Made by a program: the position numbers and the translations under genes
NCBI GenBank assembly: GCA_050486185.1
Contig: JBJHCT010000003.1
Location: forward strand, 37,500 to 101,499
DNA from: Candidatus Saccharimonadota bacterium
GTDB taxonomy: Bacteria > Patescibacteriota > Saccharimonadia > QS-5-54-17
DNA: 64,000 bases
Reading direction: 5' to 3'
In this document: positions 1-10,322 of the stretch, piece after piece
Position numbering within the stretch: the stretch's first letter is position 1
Layout: every line of letters starts with the position of its first letter
The notes under the pieces: generated by a model
Databases searched by the model: none
What the model was told of the DNA's origin: nothing
What the model saw: only the letters and a program-made list of their open reading frames with translations

Positions 1-168
1 ATAAGCAGCGGCATTGATAATGGTATCAACCTCGGAAAAATCAAAACTTTTAATAGACTCTTGATTGGCAATATCTAAATCTTCTCTAGTTGTAGCAATA
101 GCTTCAGGGAACTGCTCCTGCAGCGCTCTGCCTAATTGACCATTTGCACCAGTAATTAGCTCCGCCAT
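1..168 (-). CDS. rfbD: dTDP-4-dehydrorhamnose reductase, 5' part (runs off window)
   Basis: Manual translation MAELITGANGQLGRALQEQFPEAIATTREDLDIA; GxxGxxG motif; directly follows rfbC. Confidence 0.85.
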   Translation of the reverse strand, partial: MAELITGANGQLGRALQEQFPEAIATTREDLDIANQESIKSFDFSEVDTIINAAAY

Positions 169-172
169 ATTA

Positions 173-754
173 TTAAACCTCCATAGGTGTTACATCACCT
201 AGCATTGGATGAGTTTTGTCTTTGTCAGAAACTACTGCCTCATCTAATGGAATCGGCCAATTGATGGCTGTATCTACATCAGCTAGATTGAGCATAGTGT
301 ATCGAGCCTGCTCGCTCCAGTGCTCATTGACTAGGTAGGTATAAACTACGTTATCTTCCAGAGTTTGAAATGAGTTACCACAACCTCTTGGTACGTATAT
401 AGCTACACTAGGATCTAGGTAGAAAGTCTCAACAACACCAAAAGTATCTCCCTGTCTTAAATCAACTATGGCGGCAAAGACCTCACCGTGAGCAATAGAG
501 ATATATTTATCCCAAGGTTCAGCATGGATGCCGCGAGTTACGCCACGTTCGGCGTTGAAGGATATATTATTCTGTACTGGTTGAAAATCTTCCGGCAAGC
601 CTAATTCTTTGAGTTTGGCGGCTTGGTAGTTTTCTTTAAACCAACCACGATTGTCCCCATGAACTGGTAAGTTTATTTCCAGTAGTCCGGGAATTTTAGT
701 TTCAATAACTTCTAGTTTTGGTTCACTTTGCGTTTTCATCTCTGGACTTCCCAT
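173..754 (-). CDS. rfbC: dTDP-4-dehydrorhamnose 3,5-epimerase
   Basis: DNRGWFKE, QNNISF, RGIHAEPW, VDLR, PRGCGNSFQTL motifs. Confidence 0.93.
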   Translation of the reverse strand: MGSPEMKTQSEPKLEVIETKIPGLLEINLPVHGDNRGWFKENYQAAKLKELGLPEDFQPVQNNISFNAERGVTRGIHAEPWDKYISIAHGEVFAAIVDLRQGDTFGVVETFYLDPSVAIYVPRGCGNSFQTLEDNVVYTYLVNEHWSEQARYTMLNLADVDTAINWPIPLDEAVVSDKDKTHPMLGDVTPMEV

Positions 755-822
755 ACTTTTACTACCTCTTTAACTAGTAGGTAATTATCAAACAATGAGA
801 TGTTACTTGCAAGCATGAGCAT

Positions 823-1818
<996 letters not shown>

Positions 1819-1865
1819 CTAGGTATTATATCAGCCCAATAAAGATACATCAGAAAGATATTTAA

Positions 1866-1925
1866 CCAAAAAGAAAAGACTTCCCGCTGGGTGGCTTAGA
1901 AACCACGGTGCCAAAAGTCTTTCAT
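1866..1925 (-). terminator. Hairpin plus U-tract on minus strand; terminator or small RNA
   Basis: GAAAGACTT...AAGTCTTTTCTTTTT with inner GTGGT/GCCAC stem. Confidence 0.45.
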
Positions 1926-2069
1926 TTATAATATTCTCATACATAAGCACAAGGCGCAAGTAAGCAGCCTCTTTGGTGTGGTTAGTAACTACATGTAATT
2001 AACTACTTGGTAGTTCTCTCTAACAAACAGCTAATTCCTGGTAGAATAAACATAAAGGTAAAACTGCTT

Positions 2070-3386
2070 ATGTCCACTATCAAAGCCTCTAAATTCCAAC
2101 ACCCTGACTCTCCTGATCCTAATCTAGAGACTAATGCTGATGGTTCAATACATGCTAATAAACTTGACGTAGATGAGATAACAACTAGCTCATTAAGACA
2201 CCCTGATTCAATAAATCCAGGACTTTCTATGATGGGTAACGGTGATGTGCATATGAATGGTAATTTGGTGGTGAATAATACGGTTAGCTTTACAGAAATA
2301 GATACGGTTAAAACAGCCTCTATACAGAATCCAAACTCTCAATCAGCTAGCATATCGATAGGGTCTGATGGTGGTGTTGGCATCCTATCGAATATGAGTG
2401 CAACTGGTGATGTCGATATTTCAGGCAGACTATCGGCAGGGTATTTAGATGATGGTATCGCAACGACCCAGCTATATAATTTTTCCGGGACAATTCGCTT
2501 TACCACTTGTGGGAAGACTGGACCGATTGGACCAAGTCTCTCAGATGCGGTTAGTAGCTACTCATTAGAGCCTTTCGCTAGTGAATGGCTTGAGGTTGAT
2601 GGTAGGTTTGAGGTTGTGGGAGGGGTTCAATACTTTAAGATTCCTAAGACAGGCCAATATCAAATCAGGGCCGCTGGGTCTAGGAGCGGTGATTCTAACT
2701 GGGGAGGTTTGGGTATAGATATAACTTCTACGGCAGAGTTTCGTGCCGGTGAAATTATACGTATAGTAGTCGGACAAAAGGGCCAAGGGAATAGTGCAAC
2801 ATATGCTGGCGGTGGTGGAGCTTCAGCCCTAGCTGTTAGGAGGATGGACTTGTGGGTACCTATCTTAATTGCTGGTGGAGGAGCAGGACAGTCAAATAAT
2901 AGTCCAAACTCTTTTAACGCCAACAGGAATGCTTTTGCTCCAGACGTTAGAAGTGGTGACAACTTTGGTGGTAGAGGCAGCTATTACAGTACTAGCTACA
3001 GTACCTCTATAGGTCATAATTGGCCAGGCGGTGGAGGTGGTGGTTGGTCATCAGATGGTTATGACGGTAGGATTAATTACTTTGGCTCCGGTCAACCGAT
3101 AGGTGGTAGGGCTTTGAGTTCAGAATCTCCCATGGGCGGTCGGTATTTTATAGACCCAAACAACACTTATGATGGTGGGTTTGGCGGTGGCGGAGCCACT
3201 GGTGTCGGTGGTGGTGCTGCTGGCGGTGGCGGCGGTTGGTGGGGAGGGAACTCTTCTTATGCAGGTATTGGTGCTAGTTCTGATGATACTAGTCATTTGG
3301 GCGGTGGTAGCTATTCCAGAAACAGTACTTATACTGTCGAGGGGACCAACAACGATCAAGGTTTTGTAGAGATAACTTTAACTTAA
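2070..3386 (+). CDS. Phage-tail-like protein with ALK/LTK-type glycine-rich C-terminal domain (array gene 1)
   Basis: Start placed at MSTIKAS shared with three paralogs; three N-terminal IxxSxxxHPxS repeats; FTTCG..GPxGP, GVQYFKIP, IVVGQKG, PILIAGGG. Confidence 0.75.
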   Translation: MSTIKASKFQHPDSPDPNLETNADGSIHANKLDVDEITTSSLRHPDSINPGLSMMGNGDVHMNGNLVVNNTVSFTEIDTVKTASIQNPNSQSASISIGSDGGVGILSNMSATGDVDISGRLSAGYLDDGIATTQLYNFSGTIRFTTCGKTGPIGPSLSDAVSSYSLEPFASEWLEVDGRFEVVGGVQYFKIPKTGQYQIRAAGSRSGDSNWGGLGIDITSTAEFRAGEIIRIVVGQKGQGNSATYAGGGGASALAVRRMDLWVPILIAGGGAGQSNNSPNSFNANRNAFAPDVRSGDNFGGRGSYYSTSYSTSIGHNWPGGGGGGWSSDGYDGRINYFGSGQPIGGRALSSESPMGGRYFIDPNNTYDGGFGGGGATGVGGGAAGGGGGWWGGNSSYAGIGASSDDTSHLGGGSYSRNSTYTVEGTNNDQGFVEITLT

Positions 3387-3459
3387 ATTAAGAAAGTCTT
3401 TAGTCTTTTTGCTAAACTTAAACATAACTAACTTTTTAAGAAAAGCGACTATATAGCTA

Positions 3460-4908
3460 ATGTCCACTATCAAAGCCTCTAACCTCCAGCACCCTGACTC
3501 ACTAGATCCTAACCTAGAGACTAATGCGGACGGCTCGGTTCATGCTAATAAACTGGATGCCGATGAGTTAACTGCCGGTACTATTAATGCTAGTGGGTTG
3601 AATATTAATGAAGCCAACATTCAAGATTCAATCGATCAATCTATCTCACAGTCCAAGCTAATGACTGAGAACACCCAAACCCAAGACTACACCTTGCAAC
3701 TTAGTGATATAGGTAGAGTAGTAGTGATAGATAGTGAGACAGATAGAACTATCACTATACCTAACTCATCAGCAGTAGATTTTCCCATAGGTTCCGTAAT
3801 TTATCTATACAGACAAGGTGAAGGGAGAGTAGTTGTTACTGGTGCAGAGGGTGTGACGGTTAAGAACGATGGTAATCTTCCTAAAGAAGAAGATATCTAT
3901 GTCCGTAAACGAGCTACTAATGAGTGGGTAGTCTTTCCTTCTTTGTGGAAACCCGTTAACGCTTCAGGAGGTCAGTTCAAGACTGTTACAGTTTCAGACA
4001 CAGTCTATGGGGTTCATATGTTCACTGATATTGGTTCAGCGGAATTTCATATCTTAGATGAAGGTTCTGAAAGTAAACTCGATGTTTTGATTGTCGGTGG
4101 CGGCGGCGGCGGCGGAGGTTACGGTGGCGGCGGCGGTGGAGGTGCCGTGCTTCACTCTGTAGATAGACCAATAGAAAAAAATACTTACCAGATAGTGGTT
4201 GGAGCAGGTGGAGATGCTAGGCCGTGGGTTAATAGCGTGGCTGGCCCTGAAGCTGCGGAGCCTTTCGGCGGGGGTTCATCTAGTGCTTTTGGTTTGGCGG
4301 CTACCGGTGGTGGTGCTGGCGGTAGCTATAACGGTAGAGATGCTGGTCATGGGGCTAATGGTGGTGGTAGTGGGGCTTATGGTAGCGGTGACTTAGGTGG
4401 TACTAGTAACAAGTCATTTCCTGGAGTTGGTGTAGTCCCAGAAGGCGATGATTATACAACGGTCTACGCAGGTAATACTGGTGGTGACGCTAATGTTACC
4501 TCGCCTAACTTCCCTTTAGCCGGTGGAGCTGGTGCCGGAGAGGACGGGCAATCACAACCTAGTAGCTCTGGTAACGGCGGTAATGGTGGTAACGGAGTTA
4601 TGATTAATATTGAAGGTAACGACTACTACTGGGGTGGTGGAGGCGCTGGTGGCGTATATACAACTAACGGAACTGGTGGTAACGGCGGACTAGGTGGCGG
4701 TGGCGGAGGCGGTCAACTTGGATCTGGTGGCGGCTCAGCCCTAAATCCTGGCGGTGATGCTGGATCGCATCTATCTTCTGGCGGGGCCGGCGGCGCTAAT
4801 ACTGGTGGCGGAGGTGGCGGAGGTGGGTACAATAGTAACGGCTCAATTGGTTCACCAGGTGGTTCCGGTATTGTTATTATTCGTTATCCACTAGAAAAAC
4901 CATCGTAA
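3460..4908 (+). CDS. Phage-tail-like glycine-rich domain protein (array gene 2)
   Basis: MSTIKAS N-terminus; YTLQLSD..TITIP..FPIGS..RKRATNEW module; HMFT..LIVGGGGGGG..GGSGIVIIRY domain. Confidence 0.75.
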   Translation: MSTIKASNLQHPDSLDPNLETNADGSVHANKLDADELTAGTINASGLNINEANIQDSIDQSISQSKLMTENTQTQDYTLQLSDIGRVVVIDSETDRTITIPNSSAVDFPIGSVIYLYRQGEGRVVVTGAEGVTVKNDGNLPKEEDIYVRKRATNEWVVFPSLWKPVNASGGQFKTVTVSDTVYGVHMFTDIGSAEFHILDEGSESKLDVLIVGGGGGGGGYGGGGGGGAVLHSVDRPIEKNTYQIVVGAGGDARPWVNSVAGPEAAEPFGGGSSSAFGLAATGGGAGGSYNGRDAGHGANGGGSGAYGSGDLGGTSNKSFPGVGVVPEGDDYTTVYAGNTGGDANVTSPNFPLAGGAGAGEDGQSQPSSSGNGGNGGNGVMINIEGNDYYWGGGGAGGVYTTNGTGGNGGLGGGGGGGQLGSGGGSALNPGGDAGSHLSSGGAGGANTGGGGGGGGYNSNGSIGSPGGSGIVIIRYPLEKPS

Positions 4909-4980
4909 CCTTAAGCTACTTACACATAATGAAACCTGCTACACTTTAGGTGTAAGTAAAGAGTCAAAATAGGTATATAA

Positions 4981-6396
4981 ATGTCCACCATCAAAGCCTC
5001 TAAATTCCAACATCCAGACTCAGAAGGCAAGAACATAGAACTAGACTCTAGTGGCAATGCTTCATTTAGTGGGGAGATTAAAGCCTCAAGTATTCGCCAT
5101 CCTAACTCTTCAAACAGCCAAATCACTATGAATATCGATGGCACAGTTAATGTTAGCGGTTTAAGTGTTAACGATGAGGATATTCAAGACACCATATCCC
5201 AAACCAAACTTTCTTCAGAAAAAGAACTTACTCCTGATTTAAACGATGAATACACCCTAGGGCTAGAAGATGCTGGGAAAGTACTGACTTTAGATGATGC
5301 TGATGAAAACAAAGTAGTTACTGTCAATATTCCTAATGATAGTCAAGCTGATTTTGAAGTAGGTTCAACCGTAAAGTTGTATCGCGATAACGAAGCCGGT
5401 ATTACCATCAAAGCTAATGAGAGCGTTAGTATCAAAAGCCCTCTTGCTCCTGGGCCATACTACTTTGTTAGAAAGTATGGTGAACCTCAACTTAGAAAAA
5501 GAGCTGCTAACCAGTGGGTTTTAACCGAAAACGGTCTACTAATCCAGTCCCTACTTGCTGTAGGTGGTAACGAAGTTTTTGAAGAGATTATTAATGGAGC
5601 AGTGTATCGTATCCACGTTTTTACTACCGTAGGCTCTTCACAGGCTTTTGAAGTAGAGCTTGGCGGCGGCGAAGTTGAGTATCTAGTAGTTGCTGGAGGC
5701 GGTGGTGGTGGAATGGTTAACACTGGATCTGTTGGATCCGCAGGGGGTGGAGCCGGCGGATATAGATGTAGCGTCAAAGGAGAATTGTCTGGAGGTAATA
5801 ATCAAGCAGAACCTCCTTTGGTAGTAGAAAAAGGATCTTACACAGTTACAGTGGGAGCAGGAGGAGTAAAAGGTGTAACTACAAATAATCCTGGTGGAGA
5901 CGGTGGTGATTCGACACTAGGATCAGTAGTTAGTTTAGGCGGCGGCGGAGGCGGAGGTACTGGTCACGGTAGAAATGGTGGCTCTGGCGGCGGCGGAGGT
6001 TACGGTGGCGGCTCAGCTGGCAGCGGCACATCCAGTCAAGGCTTTGACGGTGGGGGTGGATCTACAGAAGCCGTTGCTCCCGGATCTGCAGGCGGTGGTG
6101 GAGGTGCATCTGAACCTGGTATTAAACCTGCGACTGCTTCATCAGCGGGGGGTAATGGCGGTGATGGTATAGAGTCAAATATTACAGGATTACCTACCTA
6201 TCGTGCTGGCGGCGGTGGAGGTGGACAGAATAACTCTGCCTGGGGTTCGGGAGGTTTAGGTGGCGGAGCCGATGCTGGTAATGGTAATAGCGGTGAGAAT
6301 AATACTGGCGGTGGCGGAGGTGGAACTCGCTCTGGCTTAGCTAACCCAGGTCAAGGCGGCTCCGGCATAGTCATAGTTCGTTACCGCATCGGTTAA
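4981..6396 (+). CDS. Phage-tail-like glycine-rich domain protein (array gene 3)
   Basis: Same architecture; HVFT..EYLVVAGGGGGG..GGSGIVIVRYRIG. Confidence 0.75.
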   Translation: MSTIKASKFQHPDSEGKNIELDSSGNASFSGEIKASSIRHPNSSNSQITMNIDGTVNVSGLSVNDEDIQDTISQTKLSSEKELTPDLNDEYTLGLEDAGKVLTLDDADENKVVTVNIPNDSQADFEVGSTVKLYRDNEAGITIKANESVSIKSPLAPGPYYFVRKYGEPQLRKRAANQWVLTENGLLIQSLLAVGGNEVFEEIINGAVYRIHVFTTVGSSQAFEVELGGGEVEYLVVAGGGGGGMVNTGSVGSAGGGAGGYRCSVKGELSGGNNQAEPPLVVEKGSYTVTVGAGGVKGVTTNNPGGDGGDSTLGSVVSLGGGGGGGTGHGRNGGSGGGGGYGGGSAGSGTSSQGFDGGGGSTEAVAPGSAGGGGGASEPGIKPATASSAGGNGGDGIESNITGLPTYRAGGGGGGQNNSAWGSGGLGGGADAGNGNSGENNTGGGGGGTRSGLANPGQGGSGIVIVRYRIG

Positions 6397-6451
6397 ACTT
6401 CTTAATAAATAACTAAACCCTGCTAAAATAAACATAAAGGTAAAACCATTT

Positions 6452-7057
6452 ATGTCTACTATTAAAACCTCTAACATCCAACACCCTGACTCACCAGACT
6501 CTAATTTAGAGACCAATGCGGACGGCTCGGTCCATGCTAATAAGTTAGATGCTGATGAATTAACTACTGGGCAAATCAATGCCGATACTATTACAACCGG
6601 CACCATTAATGCTACTGGGATAAATATAGATGATACTAATATCCAAGAAACTATCTCTCAAACTAAACTATCTCTTGAAAAGAATATAGTCCCAAGTGAG
6701 AGCAATGAATACACCCTAGAGCTTGAAGATGCCGGTAAAGTCCTAACTCTTGATGATGAGGATGAAGAAAAAGTAGTGACTGTCAATATTCCTAATGATA
6801 ATGAAGTGAATTTTGAAGTAGGCTCTAATGTTAGTTTGTATCGTGGCGACAATGCCAACATCGAAGTATCTGCTAATAACGGAGTCGATATCAAAACCCC
6901 TCTAGCTCCAGGTCCTAGTAACGCCTCTGGTGGAAATCCAGGTAACGGCACCAATGGCTTAGGCGGTGGAGGCGGTGGATCAAATGGTTATAACGGTAAT
7001 TTAGATGGTGGAGCTGGTGGCTCTGGAATTGTCGTCGTTCGTTATCGCATCGGCTAG
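6452..7057 (+). CDS. Internally deleted glycine-rich paralog (array gene 4; possibly pseudogene)
   Basis: N-terminus like gene 2, middle like gene 3 up to PLAPGP, then jumps to the last ~45 aa of a Gly-rich domain. Confidence 0.65.
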   Translation: MSTIKTSNIQHPDSPDSNLETNADGSVHANKLDADELTTGQINADTITTGTINATGINIDDTNIQETISQTKLSLEKNIVPSESNEYTLELEDAGKVLTLDDEDEEKVVTVNIPNDNEVNFEVGSNVSLYRGDNANIEVSANNGVDIKTPLAPGPSNASGGNPGNGTNGLGGGGGGSNGYNGNLDGGAGGSGIVVVRYRIG

Positions 7058-7100
7058 CTTTATCAACAATAATATCCTTAGTTCCTGCTACAATTAAGAC

Positions 7101-8132
7101 ATGATCGCAGTGATTCTAGCTGGAGGTTCTGGTAGCCGGCTTTGGCCTTTGTCGACACCAGATAAGCCGAAGCATTTAATGTCGGTTAATGGTAGCAGTA
7201 CGTTGTTGCAAGATACTCTCGATAGAGCAGCTGTATTTGCTGATGATATTTATGTAGTTACTGATATATCTCATTCAAAGTTAGTAGCAGGTCAGCTCAA
7301 AGGTAGAATCGATGAAGACCATATCATAGTTGAACCTGATCGTCGCGGTACGGCATCGGCAATAGTACTAGCGCTGGCTACACTAGAGTCACTACATGGG
7401 CCCGATATGCCGGTCTGCTTTATGCATGCTGATCACTATATAACCGATAAGCAGGCCTTTGCTGAATCTGTTGAAAAAGCCATTAGTGCTGCTAGGAAAC
7501 ATCAATCCATAGCTCTAATCGGAGTTGAGCCTGACTATCCAGCTACCGGTTTTGGCTATATCAAAAAATCTAAGCAATTATCTGGTGGGGCTTTTGGCGT
7601 AGCTGGGTTTGAAGAGAAGCCAGATCTTGATACTGCCCAAGAGTATCTATCTAGCAGTAAGTATGTTTGGAACCTAGGTTTATTTGCTGCTCCAATCGAT
7701 ATATTTATCAAAGAGATGGATTCACATGCCAAGCACCTGCATCTAGGTCACAAGCAATTAAGTGATCACATCAAAGCGGGTAGGGACTACAGCGATACCT
7801 ATAAATCCATGATCAATGAGGCTATCGATACAGCTTTAATTGAAAAGTCGAGTAATTTAGTAGTGGTACCGGCCGGTTTTGACTGGCTAGATATTGGCTC
7901 CTACAAAGACCTACATGAAGTACTACCTAAAACCGATGAGTATGGCAATACTATAGAGGGCCAAGTGGTAGCTATCGATGCTAAAGACTCGATCATCATG
8001 GAACAGACTGGCGTACCACTAGCTATCTTAGGACTAGATGATGTGGTGGTAGTTAGCACTGATAAGGGTATATTAATTTGTTCTAAAGAGTACTCACAAA
8101 GAATTAAAGAGGCTACCGAGCAAATGCCCTAA
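7101..8132 (+). CDS. manC: Mannose-1-phosphate guanylyltransferase
   Basis: ILAGGSGSRLWPLS..PKH, EP..RGTA, ADH, GFGYI, FEEKP, WLDIGS. Confidence 0.92.
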   Translation: MIAVILAGGSGSRLWPLSTPDKPKHLMSVNGSSTLLQDTLDRAAVFADDIYVVTDISHSKLVAGQLKGRIDEDHIIVEPDRRGTASAIVLALATLESLHGPDMPVCFMHADHYITDKQAFAESVEKAISAARKHQSIALIGVEPDYPATGFGYIKKSKQLSGGAFGVAGFEEKPDLDTAQEYLSSSKYVWNLGLFAAPIDIFIKEMDSHAKHLHLGHKQLSDHIKAGRDYSDTYKSMINEAIDTALIEKSSNLVVVPAGFDWLDIGSYKDLHEVLPKTDEYGNTIEGQVVAIDAKDSIIMEQTGVPLAILGLDDVVVVSTDKGILICSKEYSQRIKEATEQMP

Positions 8133-8476
8133 ATACCTGAATTTATACCAAAGACATCAACAAGTGATTCCTTTACTTGGTTAAGTTTGTTTTGATTAAT
8201 TAGGGCTACAGTTTTCTTAATTAAGCTTTCATCTGCTGTAAATATTTTATCAGGGCGTATATAGCTAGTTATGGGTAGGCTAGATATAGCAAAATCCTTT
8301 TCAGATAATACTACTGCTCGTTTACTGCTATATGGTTGAGAGGTGATTTGGCATAAGATTAAGTTATCAAACTCAGCTTGAGCTAGCACTAGAGCAGGCC
8401 TAGATTTACTTTCTGTTAAATCAGAAAAAGGAAAATCAACTACAACTATTGATCCTGGTTCTAAAGTTTCGACCAT
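8129..8476 (-). CDS. PemK/MazF family toxin
   Basis: GSIVVVDFPFSD..KSRPALVL..CQITS; overlaps antitoxin. Confidence 0.9.
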   Translation of the reverse strand: MVETLEPGSIVVVDFPFSDLTESKSRPALVLAQAEFDNLILCQITSQPYSSKRAVVLSEKDFAISSLPITSYIRPDKIFTADESLIKKTVALINQNKLNQVKESLVDVFGINSGI

Positions 8477-8697
8477 GCCTTATCTTCCGCTGGGTTTAGC
8501 CAGTCTTTAGCCAAAGATTTTTCACTTAAAACAGCCGAACTGAAGGAGTCAGCTGTTTTAGCTGGAACTATACGTATCTCCCCGCGCTTAACCTCAAGCT
8601 CAACCTTATCAGGTAGCTCGCTTCTAATTAAAGCTTCTTTGGGTATGCGGATACCTTTGGAATTTCCGATTCTGGTTATATTAGTAATCTTATTCAT
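8461..8697 (-). CDS. AbrB/MazE family antitoxin
   Basis: ITRIGNSKGIRIPK; C-terminal SEKSLAKDW..EDKAW; start moved to ATG 8697, downstream of promoter. Confidence 0.88.
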   Translation of the reverse strand: MNKITNITRIGNSKGIRIPKEALIRSELPDKVELEVKRGEIRIVPAKTADSFSSAVLSEKSLAKDWLNPAEDKAWSKL

Positions 8698-8736
8698 TGT
8701 AATTACAATTGTATATACAAAGTTAAGAAAAGTCAA
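8697..8736 (-). promoter_or_regulatory. TA promoter with two tandem palindromic operators
   Basis: TTGACT-17-TACAAT; palindromes TTGTATATACAA (8709-8720) and TTGTAATTACAA (8697-8708). Confidence 0.8.
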
Positions 8737-8768
8737 TAAGGTTAATTAGTATTTAGGAGATAAAAAAC

Positions 8769-9545
8769 CTACGGCTGCAACGTGCCACCGTAAACCTGCC
8801 AAGCTAGGGCTGATTTAGCTACTAGGCTTAAAACTATGTAGGTTTTCTCACCATACAGATAGTCATGCCACTTACCGACTTTTTTGTATTGTAAGATCAT
8901 ATTAATAGCAAAGCTATTAAAGAAGACAAAGATAGATCCATATATCCAGTAGACAAAGGTTGGGATTTCACCGACCCCATAACTATTTGCAATCCAGAAG
9001 TAGATAGCTATGACTATCCAAGGAACAGCTCCGGCCAATACGCCGATATTGTAACTCAACCAGTTGGTTTTAGTAGTGCTTTGGTTGTGAACTTCCATGA
9101 CTAGACCCATGAGATTCATCACGGCAGTGAGGGTAAATATCATGATTAAACTACCTAAGTCGTATATACCTACTAGCATGGCTATAGCTACTATCATGAT
9201 AGAAGCAGATAGAGAGTACTCATACCAGCGAGCCTTATTAATACCCAAGGCCAAATTAGCTTCATATTTCTGCCTATAGATAGTAGCGATTATTAGATGA
9301 GCTGTTGCTGATATAGCGAAGAAAGCAAATATCAACCAGGCTAGGGGCAAGCTAAATAGTTCCGTATTCATTAGAACCAAACTCTGAGTAGTATTATCAA
9401 AGTCTAGATAGGAGCCGTTGATAGGTAGAGCAAAGTCACTACTGAGCCAGGCTATAGCGGTTGCTTGAATGGCGTGCAGTCCAGCCATAGCCAGGTTAAA
9501 TGTTTTCAACCTCTTGAGCTTTGAGCTTATATCTTCAGGATTCAT
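8769..9545 (-). CDS. Heliorhodopsin
   Basis: N..LHAIQ, AH, NKARWYEYSLSAS, YLYGEKTYIVLSLVAKSALAW with retinal-binding Lys in SLVAK. Confidence 0.95.
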   Translation of the reverse strand: MNPEDISSKLKRLKTFNLAMAGLHAIQATAIAWLSSDFALPINGSYLDFDNTTQSLVLMNTELFSLPLAWLIFAFFAISATAHLIIATIYRQKYEANLALGINKARWYEYSLSASIMIVAIAMLVGIYDLGSLIMIFTLTAVMNLMGLVMEVHNQSTTKTNWLSYNIGVLAGAVPWIVIAIYFWIANSYGVGEIPTFVYWIYGSIFVFFNSFAINMILQYKKVGKWHDYLYGEKTYIVLSLVAKSALAWQVYGGTLQP

Positions 9546-9626
9546 ATGTTTTAGCCTCCAATTTTTAAAATTACTTCTTTAAATCAATTATATACCAGTT
9601 CTTCTACACCTAATATGGCGCCAATG

Positions 9627-9656
9627 TTGACAAGTTCGGTCTATGTTCGATATACT
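9627..9656 (+). promoter_or_regulatory. lexA promoter with candidate LexA box GTTCG-N6-GTTCG
   Basis: TTGACA (9627)-18-TATACT (9651); direct repeat at 9634 and 9645. Confidence 0.75.
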
Positions 9657-9663
9657 AGTTGCC

Positions 9664-10284
9664 ATGATGAAGCAAACCTTAACTAAAAAACAAAAACAGA
9701 TGTTAGATTATATCCGTGAGTCCTCTAGTGAGTTTGGTTATGCGCCTACCTTTAGAGAGATTATGGATGGGCTTAATTACAGCTCAGTAGCTACAGTAGC
9801 TCAACATATCGATAACCTAGTTAAAAAAGGCTATTTATACAAGCGCAACAACGAAGCTAGATCGATTCAGTTAGTTGAAACTGATGTCGATACAGAAAGC
9901 ACGCATGGCTTACCCGTTATGGGTTGGATCGCTGCTGGTGAGCCAATCACTACTTTAGATAACCCCAACGAGACGCTGCAGGTACCTAACTTTATGATCA
10001 AAAGCGACACTAGCTATGTTCTGCAAGTAAAAGGCGAGAGTATGATTGAAGACGGCATATTAGATGGAGACTACATAGTAGTTAGAGAAAACCGCGTACC
10101 CCAAGATGGTGATGTGGTGGTTGCTATGATCGATGGGGACTCTGCTACCCTAAAACACTTCTACAAGGAAGGCGAACGCATTCGTCTAGAGCCGGCTAAC
10201 TCAGCATATGAGCCTATCTATATCGAAAAGGGCAGATCACTAGAAGTCCAAGGTGTAGTTACTGGAGTAGTTAGAGCCTATTAA
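9664..10284 (+). CDS. lexA: SOS repressor LexA
   Basis: LTKKQ..PTFREI wHTH, IAAGEP cleavage site, GESM Ser, ATLK Lys; start moved downstream of promoter. Confidence 0.95.
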   Translation: MMKQTLTKKQKQMLDYIRESSSEFGYAPTFREIMDGLNYSSVATVAQHIDNLVKKGYLYKRNNEARSIQLVETDVDTESTHGLPVMGWIAAGEPITTLDNPNETLQVPNFMIKSDTSYVLQVKGESMIEDGILDGDYIVVRENRVPQDGDVVVAMIDGDSATLKHFYKEGERIRLEPANSAYEPIYIEKGRSLEVQGVVTGVVRAY

Positions 10285-10322
10285 ACCTCTTCTAGGTTAA
10301 GACTCCATAAAACATCTAACAA

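Noticed and set aside
2070-7057. Diversity-generating retroelement or shufflon behind the Gly-rich array
   Set aside because: No reverse transcriptase, no adenine-specific TR/VR pair, no invertase; all genes co-oriented
2070-7057. Prophage
   Set aside because: No capsid, portal, terminase or lysis genes; flanked by sugar-nucleotide genes
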